From: Craspedostauros australis
Taxonomy: Eukaryota
Length of the DNA: 47,104 bases
Direction: 5' to 3'
Assembly (NCBI GenBank): GCA_030167865.1
Contig: JALAGF010003164.1
Coordinates: 1 to 47,104, forward strand
Both the position numbers and the translations under genes were made by a program. The notes beneath the pieces are model-generated. The model was given only the letters and a program-made list of their open reading frames with translations, had not been told where the DNA came from and did not search any database. The stretch's first letter is position 1. The number at the start of each line of letters is the position of its first letter. Of this stretch, positions 11,334 to 23,051 are shown piece after piece.

Positions 11334-11701
11334 AGCAAAAACACAATAGAGTGTACTGTACATGAACAATGAGAGCATTCTACACCAGCAACAATTGCAA
11401 TTATCTAATGGAATGGCAGGAGTGTATGGATTGCTTGTTTTGTTCATTTGCGCTCAAACGCAGGCAACGCTTCATCGTGAGCGTCAGCGTGTTTGTTGTT
11501 TCTCCGCTTGTTCCCGCGTGGTTCCTTGCCTCGAATCATCTTTCCACTCAACCGCAGCATGAAAAGCGTATGCACGAATCATCGCTTGTTGGATTTCTCA
11601 TCAACTCCAGTATCCCATCAGAAGAGAAGACAGAGAATGTGTTGACATCAGTGCGGAGTGCAGCTATGCCATTCACGCAACGTATCCAAACGCGGACACA
11701 T

Positions 11702-12883
11702 TCATGGGTTGGAGTTGCGCGGCGATGCCGATTTCTTTGTGGATGGCCGTTTGAGAGAGCTGGTGACCGGGACAGCCTGCGCGGGGGATGTGTACAGCGG
11801 CAGGAGTCCGATCTTGCGTTTGGACTGGACTTGTCTCGTGGGCTGCTTTGGGAATGGCTGGCGGTCCTGAAATCTGTTGACATTGGCATAGGCAGCGTTC
11901 ATATTCATGTTCGCGGCGGTGTTGAGAGCAGGACGCATTCTTCGCGTCAGGGATGATCTGTGATCGGTGGCATGTGCGTTGTGGTTGGCATTGGTCAACG
12001 GGAGGTCGTTGGAGGCCGTTGATTCATCGAGCGAGATGAGGGAGGAGCTGGATGACGAGGTGGAGATGACCGTGGAGTTGCTCATCCTTCGTCTGGGATA
12101 GGGGTTGTACAGGGCGGAGCTGTGGTTGTAATTGGAGTTGTAGTTGTGGAAGCTGGATGGTTTGGGGAGGGTGACGTTGCCGTGCAGCCCCAGGTTGGTA
12201 GTATTGCTGCCATGGATGTTCCCATTGATGTTGTGCATGCCGCGCTTGGACGCTGAACCGAAGCTGTTGTTGGAACCGAAGGAAGAGACGGAGAGGTCAA
12301 CGGAGGCGCGTCGCATGGGGACTGTGGGACAATCGAAGCTGCCAGCAGAGTTGTTGGCAGCCACGTCTGACCATCTGCGCTGCTGGCAGACGTCCTGGAG
12401 GAAGGCCTCCGATGGGACGCGCGCGTTGTCCACAACCAGCTCCAGATCTGCGCAGGCGAAGGAATTCTGGGAATCTCCAAGGCCATCATCCTCCTCGTCT
12501 TCGTCCTCATCTTTATCCTCGACATCCTCATCATGGTGATTGCTGATACTCTTGCTGCTCTTGCCACTCTTATGACTTTTGTTGCTCTTACTACTCTTGG
12601 TGCTGTGGTGGCTGCCACGACGAACTTCGCTGCAGGAGTCATGGTGGCTGCTGGTGCTGAGCTTGGAGTTGCTGACCTCGCGGAACAGCCGCAGGTTCTG
12701 CGTGAAGAAGGAGTTGAGCGCCGGCGAGGAAGGAGCGTCGCCGCATGGCATCACCGCCACCTTCGCGGTCGTCGGAGGAGACATGATCGTGTGCTGCTGC
12801 TGCGTCGTCACAGGAGCCAGCGCTGCTGTCTTCACGCGCACGGGTCCATCCGCTGAGCTTGCTGTGTTGCCTCTGGCTGTCAT
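11702..12883 (-). CDS. Intrinsically disordered Ser/Asn/His-rich protein, VxDN / RW / PxxPxR motif family (copy A)
   Basis: Long ORF with first ATG at 12883; motifs LVVDNARV, QRRWS, PTVPMRRAS, PKQPTRQVQS. Confidence 0.75.
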   Translation of the reverse strand: MTARGNTASSADGPVRVKTAALAPVTTQQQHTIMSPPTTAKVAVMPCGDAPSSPALNSFFTQNLRLFREVSNSKLSTSSHHDSCSEVRRGSHHSTKSSKSNKSHKSGKSSKSISNHHDEDVEDKDEDEDEEDDGLGDSQNSFACADLELVVDNARVPSEAFLQDVCQQRRWSDVAANNSAGSFDCPTVPMRRASVDLSVSSFGSNNSFGSASKRGMHNINGNIHGSNTTNLGLHGNVTLPKPSSFHNYNSNYNHSSALYNPYPRRRMSNSTVISTSSSSSSLISLDESTASNDLPLTNANHNAHATDHRSSLTRRMRPALNTAANMNMNAAYANVNRFQDRQPFPKQPTRQVQSKRKIGLLPLYTSPAQAVPVTSSLKRPSTKKSASPRNSNP

Positions 12884-14869
12884 GGTTCCTGTTCGTATGT
12901 GTGCGGTGCCTTGCCTTGCCTTGCGGAACTGTAGTGTAATGTTATGAGTCTCGTGGCAGAGTTCGGTGGTGAGGAACCCAACGACGCGAAGAAGCACGGG
13001 AGCAAGTGCGAGAACTTGGGCGACAACAGGTGACGATGTTCATGTGGACACAACACAACACCATACACGACGAGAGGCGACCATGATCCCCGTGGCAACA
13101 TTCCGATTCAACGCTCATACCATACATTTCATAGTCGTACCACAACCGTATAGAACCAGTGATCTTCCGCCATCGGAAGTGGAAGAAGGTAGAAGGCATG
13201 TTGGTGCGCCAACAAGGGCTACATCACCAAGGGAGAGTACCACACAGCCACCAAGAAATAGCCGCAATTGCTGTTTCGCTCATCGTTCCTCTGCCCATGC
13301 CGAATGAGCAGTTGGCGCGGAGTGAATGCGACAACGCACTCAAAAGTGCTCGACGAAGCCAGAGGGCATGTCACGTCCTCTGTGCATGGCCCACTCATTG
13401 GCGCCCACACGGCGTCAATCATCACATGCCACGATCATGATAGCGCCTCTCAATCAATTCGACATTCGGAGCGTGGAGACGTGAACCGCGTGAGGATGTA
13501 ACATACTCACGAAACACCACGCCCACTCCACTTCAAATTCTTGTTGTGGTTGTTGTTGTGCACGGTTGCTGGGAATCGCACACGACTTGGGCACAACCCT
13601 CATTTCCCGAAAAATGAGATTTGGGCGCATCTCAACAAGAACGTCCATGTCGCATGAGCGTCACTGATAAATACATTTATGTCGCACATGGCATAAGTCT
13701 CAACAGCCCACCAACAGCACCACGCAAGTGAGACAGAAACGGAACTCGTCTGCGCTGGCACGCTCACATTTTCGCCGGAGAAAATTGAGTCCCGAAACGA
13801 ATGAAAACACGAACATTGCCGCAATTGTGGTGTGCGCAATTCGCGCGTTTCGCGTTCGTGTGGATGACATCTCGGGAAGTACTCACGTGGTTGCGGATGC
13901 TACCGTCCGCATTTCCGTCATTGTGGCAACGATTGTCTCATCTCCTTTCATCGATTGTACTTTCCATTGCTCTATCTGCCTCCGAGATACGAGTATGGTA
14001 CAGAGCCGGAGCTTTCACTTTCAATACTTCATGTTGCTGATCCTAATGCGTTTTGGGTTAACTATCGTTGCTGCCGAGTGATGATTTGTGTCGTCCATCG
14101 TGGTGCATGGCAGTCACATGACAACATTCAAAACATGTCTCTTGTTTGCGTGGAAATGGTTCGTTGCTCTCTCTCTATTGGTATCGTTGTTACTATCGTT
14201 GTTGCCTGCGATTGTGATGATTTGTTTGATGCGGGATGCTGAACTCAACCTGGCAACGTGTGCGGAGACACACATGGCAGAATGAGTTCTTCGGGTGATC
14301 GGCTTATCACGAGTAAAGCCTCTGGAGTATTGCTGTCTCGCATGGCGAGATGATTGCACTGGTGGGCACCGCTGTGTCGTGGCGTGACATCATGGATGCG
14401 TTGCCCGCTGTGTTCGTTGTTCCCCATTCATCATCTCTCTCTCTCTCTGACGTTGCGGCAACCGCGAGGTCAATTGGCCGGTCGTTCGTTCGGTATGCAA
14501 GACGTTTCATTTGTCTCGCGATCTTGCGCTAAGCCCCGCTGCTGGAGGCTGTTTCCGACTTGTGTGCGGAGAGTGAAAGCGGCCACTTCCAATCAACTGA
14601 AGGGCGTATGGTGGATTTGTGCCCAATGGTGTAATTTTGCATCTGTCACCGGATCAACCTTCTTGCGCAGATTGGGAAAGGCTGTACGTTGCGGCGTTCC
14701 GGGCGCTTTTGTCAAAGGGCACCACGTGAGAATGAATCGGCCCTCTGCCCAACCTCCTGTTTCGAGTGAATCTTGTAATAGGCAGAGCACCGTTTGTTTG
14801 CTCCGGCGACGTGATGAGATCAATTCAATTCAAATCGAACCAAGTCAAGTCAAGAAGGAGTTGTCTTGT

Positions 14870-16147
14870 TCACTGCGTTGCGACAGCTCCCGTGGTCATG
14901 AGATCATGTACTTGTCGCTGTGGCTGCTGTTGTTGTGACAGCGAAAGCCCCGTTCGGTGCTTTGCCAGGCCCATGGATCGTGGGTCGATGGTGGAATCGT
15001 CATCGAGGAGGACATCGGCGAACCCTTGCTGATGCAGGGACTCATCGATGGTGCGGCGTGCGCTTCGCAGCGACATGGCCTCCTCCTCCGCGACTTCGAT
15101 GGCCTGCACGACGAGCTGACGCAGTTCGTCGGCCATGCCCACCTGGGCGCAACGCTGCTTGGCCAGGCCCAGCGCCTTCTGTACGGAGAGCACGGACTTG
15201 ACCGTGGCGTTGCGGTTGATGGATGGTGGTGGGGACCGCTTGCGTCCTGAAGATGTGCTGCGCGAAGATATGAGTGGCGGCATCTCCATCGCTTGGCTGG
15301 ACATGGCGGTCTTGCGGCTTCTGCCATTGGAAGATGAAGAAAAGGAGGACGAGGAAGATGTCGAAGGATCAGTGCGGATGGTGCACTTGGAAGATGTTTG
15401 CGATGGAATGGACGATGTGCGCGAGTAGAGCGATGACTGGTAGCTGATGCTGTCCGTGTCGTAGCCACCGTCGATGGTGGAGTGCTTGCTGAGGGTTGAC
15501 AACCGCCTGTGCTGCTCGTTCAAGGCTTCGAGCACCATGGTCGGCTGTGGGTTCAGCCGCAGGTTCTCGCGGTTCACCATGTCCTTCAGCTTGTGCTGCG
15601 GTGGCGTCTTCTTGCGGATTGGCATCATCGGCAGCCTGCTGTCGTTGTCACCCCTGGCCATCTCCTCCAGCACGTGCTGAGGTGGGGTGTTCTTGCGCGT
15701 GGGCATGGTGGGCGATTGCTTGGTGATCATGGAACTGTTGGGGCTGCCGATCGAGCGGCTGGAACGGTCGGACATGGAGCGATGGGAGCTGGTGGAGTGC
15801 GGCGACTGATCGCCCGGAGGTGGTGGGATGCTGCTGTTCATGTAGCAGCTGCTGTCGGCCGACGAGGACTCGGTCCAGCGGCAGTTGTTGTTGGCGTTGG
15901 AGGACGGCGATGATGAAGGCGAGTTGGGGCTGCCATGCAGGGGTGGCCTTCCATTCATTCCCATGGCCATCATCATGTCCGTCCTTCTGTGATGCGATGA
16001 TCCTGACTTCGAGCTCGTGCGCCGGCGGAACTGATGGCTGCCATCGTGCGTCCTGGCGTTATCCATCACGATGCACATCGGCAGCTTGTTCTCCGCGAAC
16101 TGCAAGGAGAGGTAACGGTGGAGTGGTGAGGCTGTGACGGCGACCAT
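14870..16147 (-). CDS. Intrinsically disordered Ser-rich protein, same motif family (copy B)
   Basis: ATG at 16147; motifs IVMDNARTH, CRW, PTMPTRKNT, PMMPIRKKT. Confidence 0.8.
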   Translation of the reverse strand: MVAVTASPLHRYLSLQFAENKLPMCIVMDNARTHDGSHQFRRRTSSKSGSSHHRRTDMMMAMGMNGRPPLHGSPNSPSSSPSSNANNNCRWTESSSADSSCYMNSSIPPPPGDQSPHSTSSHRSMSDRSSRSIGSPNSSMITKQSPTMPTRKNTPPQHVLEEMARGDNDSRLPMMPIRKKTPPQHKLKDMVNRENLRLNPQPTMVLEALNEQHRRLSTLSKHSTIDGGYDTDSISYQSSLYSRTSSIPSQTSSKCTIRTDPSTSSSSSFSSSSNGRSRKTAMSSQAMEMPPLISSRSTSSGRKRSPPPSINRNATVKSVLSVQKALGLAKQRCAQVGMADELRQLVVQAIEVAEEEAMSLRSARRTIDESLHQQGFADVLLDDDSTIDPRSMGLAKHRTGLSLSQQQQPQRQVHDLMTTGAVATQ

Positions 16148-18835
16148 TGTGTCTACTATGTGTGTGTATAGTGTGGTATGTGCAGAGTTGAAATATGCGA
16201 TTTGGTGCGATCCGCGAGGTTGCAAACTTTATGAGACAATCTGGTGACAACAATGGCGAGGATGAATTGCGCGCCTTCTTGTGGCACCAACGCAACGCAA
16301 CCCGCACTTGCACGACAATCCCCACAATTTCCGCATTCGATGACGGCTTTTGGCGTCATTCGCGCAGATGAGACACTTTGGGCACCAGGAGGGCCACAAT
16401 GCGTTTGTCCCCCGTGTTTCGCGGCTTTCATCCAGGGGTACTACCTGAACGAGCGCTCGCGTGCGTTCTGCACCAGCTATCAGCGTTCGTTGCTGTTCCC
16501 ACATAGGCGAAACACGAAGAGCAGGCCCTGGGGCATAAAGCGTCCAGGAAAGAGAGTTCCTCCAGAACCCTTCGTTTCTTCATGACCAACCAATTTATCA
16601 TCCGACCGCCGCCACAACCGACGGAAGCTGTCCCGTATCGGTGAAGTTCGGTTCTGCGCAACAGAAGCGCAAATGTGGCGAAGGCAATAAACGTTGCGCA
16701 ACGGCCGGAGTACATTGGATTTGTTTGGGCCAATTTGGGTTTGTCTCCGACGACCCGCCACTGCGATTTTGGCGAGACTGAAACGCTATTTCGATATTTT
16801 GCAAGAAGTAGTCGCTTTTCCAACCGTTTCCAACAACTAGTACTCCAAAGGGGACCAAATCGCCACGCTTTAGCAATCTGCGGCTCCAAAATCCACAACG
16901 CCGAAACCGTTTTGTGAAATGGGACAGCAAACATGACTCAACCGCAACGCTCATGAATGCCTGTGAGCACCAGTCAGTCCCTACGAAAGCAAAGGACAAC
17001 AAACGAGACAAACCATCTCACAAAACTCCCTCGAACTCTCACACCCCTGCTCTCATCGCATCGAATCACATCACATCACATCACCACGTAACACAACGAA
17101 TTGTGCAACAAACCATACTGGTATTATATTCTATGACATTGAGAAATTGAAACAATCACAGAGCACGTGCTCTATGAGTCCATGTTCCATCCATATCACT
17201 TTCCCAGAATACTATTCTGGTGCGGAGCGCTTTCGTCCATTTGACGCTGCCTCGAAACAGCAGTATTGCGCGCATCTTCTGCTTGCTTCTTCCCTTGCCT
17301 TCGCGCCTCCTGTTCCTCTCTCTGTTGCAAACAACCCGAGTCGTGAAATGTTGCCAGTTTCATCTATCCCACCCACCGCAATTGCATCAATGATCTATCC
17401 GTCAACCATAATGAAAAATAAACTTTATCCGCAGCCTTCGTATTCCTATCTGCGGCAGGTGGGGAATGTCTCGCCGAAGTGTAATTGCAAGGAGTAGATT
17501 ACAAACACGAACGCAAGCAGAGGTGCATGCGGCGATCGCCTCACCAGATCACACGCGTGCTCGTTGATGCACACGCCATCATCACACACACGAACACAAA
17601 CATCCAACGTCATCACTCTCTTCATGCCTTCACTTCCCGCCCAACACAAAGCAGCAATCGTCGTCCTCCTTCGCTCGGACATCATTTTGTTGACCAACTC
17701 AACCGACGTAAATGAGCATGCATAAGTATTGCTCTCAACCTCTCCAAAGAGACACATCGAGAGATGTGAAGGTCGAGGCAGAGAGGTGCCGAGGGATCAA
17801 TCCGCACTTGTTCTCCAACTCCGCTCTCCGCCCATCAATCCTCCGCATCCAAAGAGCGCACTTTCTTTTCCCCACAAACCAAATCGCTGCCGGAGGAACG
17901 TCCGTGTCCACAATCTCGCTCATCAACACACCCACCCGTGGACACCATAGCCACAAACATGTTGGGGGTCGGCGATGTTGTCGGTAACTGGTCTGCTGTA
18001 TGCAAATGCAACACCCAACGCAGAATGAATGCAAGCCCTTTCCACGAAAAGAACACCTCGCTTTTGCCGAAAGGGATCGTTTGGGTTGTTGTTGGCATCA
18101 TCGCGCGTCTTGCGACATCATTTGCCCACACCCAAGGCCATTCATATTTCGCCGTAATTCACCGAACCATGACCAAGACAGTCCCACGTACGGACGTCAT
18201 CAGACGTATTATTTTCCATTCTTTGTTAGTCCAACGAATCACACCATCAAGTCGTGAATATGAAAGAAGCAGCGGTAGAATAATTTTGGTTTACATTTAA
18301 TCCACCAACGAACACAGAGATTGAAGTGGAAACCGCATGGATCTTTTCGTCGTTCGTGTTCGTCGCTCTCCCCATCTGTCATCTGTCAATGCGCCACGCC
18401 GATCACCCCACCCATCCTCGAGTCCAAGTCGAAGTCGAAGTCGAAGTCCAAGTCTAACTAGATTAGAGTAGAGTAGAGTAGAGCAGAGTGCTCTCGGTCC
18501 ACATTCACGTGTTGTTGTTGCTTGTGTTGATGACTTCGCCGATGTCTGCGCTTGGCGTCAACAAGAGTGTCTGTTGAAATGAGGCGTCATCGACTACTGG
18601 TCTCCTCCAACGCAACAAGCTTCGGCAACCTCACCTCCCAGTGCTCCGATCTATGGCGACTCTGTTTGCACGTACGGCGTGGATAGCGAAGGAATCAATC
18701 TCTATTTATTGTTGTTGTCTACAATAGTTGGTTGGTTAGCTGGTCGTTGGTGTTAATGCGTGGCCGTATGGTATCAAAGTGGGTAGGCAGGTGATATCCC
18801 ATGCTCTACACAGTAGCCAGTCGCCGGGTCATTCT

Positions 18836-20245
18836 TCAAAATGCACCGTTCTTCATCGATCTGGACTTCTTCATCCTTGAGGAGAGCTGCGATGACGCCG
18901 ACGATGGCTGCAGAGACGGTGCTGCTGACGACGAGGAAGCCGACTTGGTGGACAGGCCGAGCAGGTCTTCCCTGCTCTGCGCCAGACGCTTCATTCTCTT
19001 GTCTTGGGAGCTGGCGTTGAACGTCTCGTTCGTGCTGCCCCAGCGACCATTGCTATTGCTGTCACTATTGTTGTTGTTTTGCTGCCGCGCGCTGCTGCGA
19101 GAGGCGGTGGTCCATCGATGAGACTGGAGGTTCATCTCGGACTGTGTGTGCCCCAGCCTCGGGCCCTCCGAGGAGGTCTTGCGTCGTGGAAGGGAAGGGA
19201 AGGCCGACAGCCCATCCCTGAGTCTGGGAGTGCTTGCGGCAGAGTCGCCGTTGCATTGGGCGCCGAAGGCCGTTGCGTTGCTGCTGTCGGCGCCGGCATT
19301 GTACTCGTTGTACAGCTCCTCCTGGACTTCCTGCAGCGAACGCATGGGAGGCAGACGCAGGCCGAACTCGGCGTTGCCGCCTTGCTTCTTCCCGCCGCCA
19401 TTGAGGTCCGGCAGCTGTCCGCGTCCATGTGACGACCACTGTTGTTGTTGTTGTTGTTGTTGTTGTTGTGATTGAGAACGCGATTGGCGCCTCTGATCAA
19501 AGTTCCAGTTGGCGTTGTGCTTGGGGCGGCCCGGTGAGAGGCAGCGCACCGGCTTGTTGAGGACGGAGTCGCTGGCCGCGTGCTTCATGGTCGACGAATC
19601 GAACGACTTGAGCGACGACGAGGTGAGAAAGTGGAACTGGGTGGCCGTTCGGCGGCTTCCGCTGCCATCCCTCGTGGTGATGATGCTCTTCGAAGGCGAG
19701 TGGCTGAGCAGGCTCTCCAGCGAGTTGTTGGAGAGGTTGGAGGCACCGGACCATCGGCACGGGGTCTGCTTGGGCGCCATCAACGCCATGGCGAGCACTG
19801 CGGCCCGTGAGCTCGATGATGACAATGACGACGCTGCGGATGACGATGGCAACGCGCCCGACGGCAGGGGAGCGGCTGCCAGGGACGATGCCAGCGAGGG
19901 AGACGCGAGGGGATCGCTGCTGTACGAATGGGAGCATGCATCCGATCCAACCGACGGGAAGTCCGAGACCAACGGCGGTGGCCCTCCTTCCGTGGAGATG
20001 GCGACGGCTTGGGCCACCGCACGCGACACGGCTGTGTTCGGGCGACCGTTGGGTGACAGGGCATCGTTGGCTGAGCCGCTGCTGTGGGAAGAACCGCTCA
20101 ACCGGCTCTTCGTCTTCTCGCGCTCCTGATTCGCCTTGCGGTAGTTCTCGGGCATCAGCTGGTGGTTGTCGCTGACGATGACGACGTCGCTGACCGAGAG
20201 ATCATGCGTTGAGAGGATCTTGTTCAGGTGGCTTGTGAACATCAT
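18836..20245 (-). CDS. Intrinsically disordered Ser/Gln-rich protein, same motif family (copy C)
   Basis: 469-aa ORF; motifs IVSDNH, PCRWS, LNKPVRCLS, PSLPRRKTS, HRW, GRW; polyQ tract. Confidence 0.8.
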   Translation of the reverse strand: MMFTSHLNKILSTHDLSVSDVVIVSDNHQLMPENYRKANQEREKTKSRLSGSSHSSGSANDALSPNGRPNTAVSRAVAQAVAISTEGGPPPLVSDFPSVGSDACSHSYSSDPLASPSLASSLAAAPLPSGALPSSSAASSLSSSSSRAAVLAMALMAPKQTPCRWSGASNLSNNSLESLLSHSPSKSIITTRDGSGSRRTATQFHFLTSSSLKSFDSSTMKHAASDSVLNKPVRCLSPGRPKHNANWNFDQRRQSRSQSQQQQQQQQQQWSSHGRGQLPDLNGGGKKQGGNAEFGLRLPPMRSLQEVQEELYNEYNAGADSSNATAFGAQCNGDSAASTPRLRDGLSAFPSLPRRKTSSEGPRLGHTQSEMNLQSHRWTTASRSSARQQNNNNSDSNSNGRWGSTNETFNASSQDKRMKRLAQSREDLLGLSTKSASSSSAAPSLQPSSASSQLSSRMKKSRSMKNGAF

Positions 20246-21804
20246 GGTGGAAGTGTTATATAATAGAATATTGTATTATGGAGTGTGTGTGTGAATTGGA
20301 CTCTGCAGAGCTTGGCTTGGTGGTGGCTGGTAGTGGGATGTTGGGTGGAGTACTATGTTGTGGTGCGGACTGTCTTTCGCTCCGCGCTGATCGTAATCGT
20401 TTGCGGGACGGAAAATGCAGAGAGGAATAACAGGAATGAGCGCTTTCGTTTTGAACGCTCTCGCATTTTATGATGAATCTGGACAGAGCAAATCACGACA
20501 ACAACAACCACGACGATGGTCTTCACGCGGTGCCTCTGAATTCGAGGCTGTGCCATTTCACGCCTTTCGTTGGTTGTTGGTCGTTCTTTGCCTTCGTTGT
20601 GGTGTCCATTTGCGACTTTCGCGCTCTTTACGCGACAAAGTAGGCACCCGCTTTGTGTTCGCGGGACTTTTGGTCTTGCGACCACTGCGACAGTGCAACA
20701 AATGACCAATCACAACCAACGAACACGACAACAACCCGCCAAAGAAGCCCACTTTCGGGTTTGTGGATTTTCTCGTTTGCTTCCAGTGCTGTGATGACGT
20801 CTCCATTCCTGACACGCCGACAGGCTTCTTTGTGAGTGTCACTATCTCCTTGGTGTTCGTTGAAACGCATGGGGACGTACAAGACAATGACATTGTTGAG
20901 GGTCGCGACCCTTCCTACGCAGAGCTACCAACACATATTGCGCACCTTGAATAATTGTTGAACCGTGTTCCGCGTGCTATGACTGTGGATCGACAAGAAG
21001 ACCAACCCCACTTAAGATGCTTCGGCGACAGAACTTCGCTGCACCTACGCCCTCTGGTCGTTAAACTAAGATTCGTGCCACACTCACCACCACTCAAAGA
21101 AAAGTATCAATGTTGCTACTTCGCGCTTCTTTGCGATACCGCTCGAGGCTCCAGTTGCAACACAATGGCTCTGTTTCGCCATCACGTCTGCTAGTGTTTC
21201 TGTCTGTCCGCATTTCGGCCCACGAATCTCTCCTCCATCCACAACGAAAGCGGAGCACAGGAGAAATAACCGAATAAATGAAGGCAACGAGGAATGCAGA
21301 AAACAATGATGGGAACGAAGGAACGAGAGAGGAAGAACAGTCCCACCTCTTCGTCGCCGCAGCCTTCACCAAGGCATCATGGTGTGAAATGGTGTGTCAC
21401 ACGACCATGGCCATGGCCATGAGCACGACTACAAACGGTGAGGATGTGATCATTGGCGCGAGCATGATTGTGTTGTTGGAGGCGTGGCGAGTTGGAGCAG
21501 AAACAATGAATGGCCGGTCTCTATGTCCGCCATCGCCATGGCCGTCCATTATCTCCTTCCCTCTCCAGGCGGCGTCAGTGCCAACATAGGCCATCAACGA
21601 CCTCCTTTCTTTCCCACTGGTTATCTGCATCCGTTGCCTTCTTCTGTTGGAGGCCTTGTGACGGACGTCATTCTGCTGTGTTGGATGACAATCGCCTTCG
21701 TTTCTGTCTTGTGTGCCTTCTCTCTCTGTGGAGGCGTTCCAACCAATCCTCATGGGAACTGACAACTGTTGCTGTTGGGTATATATATCTCACTTGTACC
21801 GAAC

Positions 21805-21890
21805 GTGTCAGGAGCGCTGGGACGCGTGAAGTACTGGATTTACTTTTGTCCTCCCCGGGAGGGTGCGGGTTCGATTCCCGCCCTGGCACG
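21805..21890 (+). ncRNA. tRNA-like RNA: non-canonical class II cloverleaf, 8-bp acceptor plus 5-bp T stem, GGA at anticodon position
   Basis: Acceptor GTGTCAGG/CCTGGCAC+G; T arm GCGGG-TTCGATT-CCCGC (perfect B box); variable arm CCTCC-CCG-GGAGG; anticodon-like arm GAAGTA-CTGGATT-TACTTT; D-like arm GCGC-TGGGAC-GCGT; TATATATAT about 25 nt upstream. Confidence 0.6.
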
Positions 21891-23051
21891 AACAAGTGAC
21901 GATTTGACAGGAACGATCAAGTGTCCACGTTCACCAGCCGCCGTGTCCGTCGGTCTTGCACCGATTCTTGGGGTCTTTGCTGTTGCGGATTGCTGCTTGT
22001 GTCTTGCTCTTGTGCGAATGCCATTCAAGACCCGCCTCTCAAGTGTGTCTCTTGGTCGTGACATCTTGTGATAGTCGGAGAGCGCATCACGCTGTTTGGA
22101 CTCTTGTTGCAGAGTGTCCATCGCAATCGTACTTGTGTGTTTGTGTGCATCGAACAACAGCCCATGGGATTGGGATCGCCGTGTCGTATCATCCGTCAAC
22201 GGCTCTCTGAATTGCCCTTCCATTTTCGCCGGAGTCGAAGGACCATCCCACAACGAGCTGCGAGCTGAGGGTAGAGTACATTGAGTATTTGGACATGACT
22301 CTTCCAACCATCTCCCATCCTTCTCCGCTCTGTACCGATGCAAAAGGACCGCAGACCGGAGCAACGCGAAGAGGATGGGAATGTAGGCGAGGTGAACAAC
22401 AATCCGAACCTGATCGCGAGCCCAAGCGAAGTTGCCGATGCTGCTGGTACCGTCTCCCTCTTTTCTCGTATTCTATGTATCTCTCTATCTTTCCTTGCTT
22501 TAGTCGTACATTGATTTGACACTGATTTGACATTGATGCTTCACCATTGACTGAGTCAAAGCGGCTTCCAAGTCTCCCACAATACCGCTTTGGGAAGCCG
22601 CTAATTCACAGAGGAGAAGCAGGTCAGAGCAGTTGCATCCGTGATGACCTGAACACCGATTGCTCCACAGGCCGTTGTTGCGAACGAACTAATCATCCCC
22701 GCGCATCGATCTCGATCGGTAGCTCGTTCATGTGCCATCACCTGATCGCGACCTGACCATCACCATCAACAACACCAACACCAACAAGACGCATCAACAT
22801 CCATGAAATGAGCGTGGCAGAAGTGCACACAGACATACATTCGTAGATACAGAGACATACAGACACATGCAAGTCAAACAACAAACAAACTGACAGACAC
22901 ATACACGAAGACATGCACACACGCACGCACGAATCGCAATGTTGTGCTCTGTTGGTACTTCTGCTCTATTTACATCATGCTCTACTTGCTCTATTCTACT
23001 CTATCATACTCGCACTCGCACCCGAAATCGCACTTACACGATGGTGACCAA

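Noticed and set aside
21805-21890. tRNA-Sec partner of the selenoprotein gene
   Set aside because: The loop triplet is GGA, not TCA, and the D stem is 4 bp rather than the long D stem of tRNA-Sec; kept only as a tRNA-like RNA.
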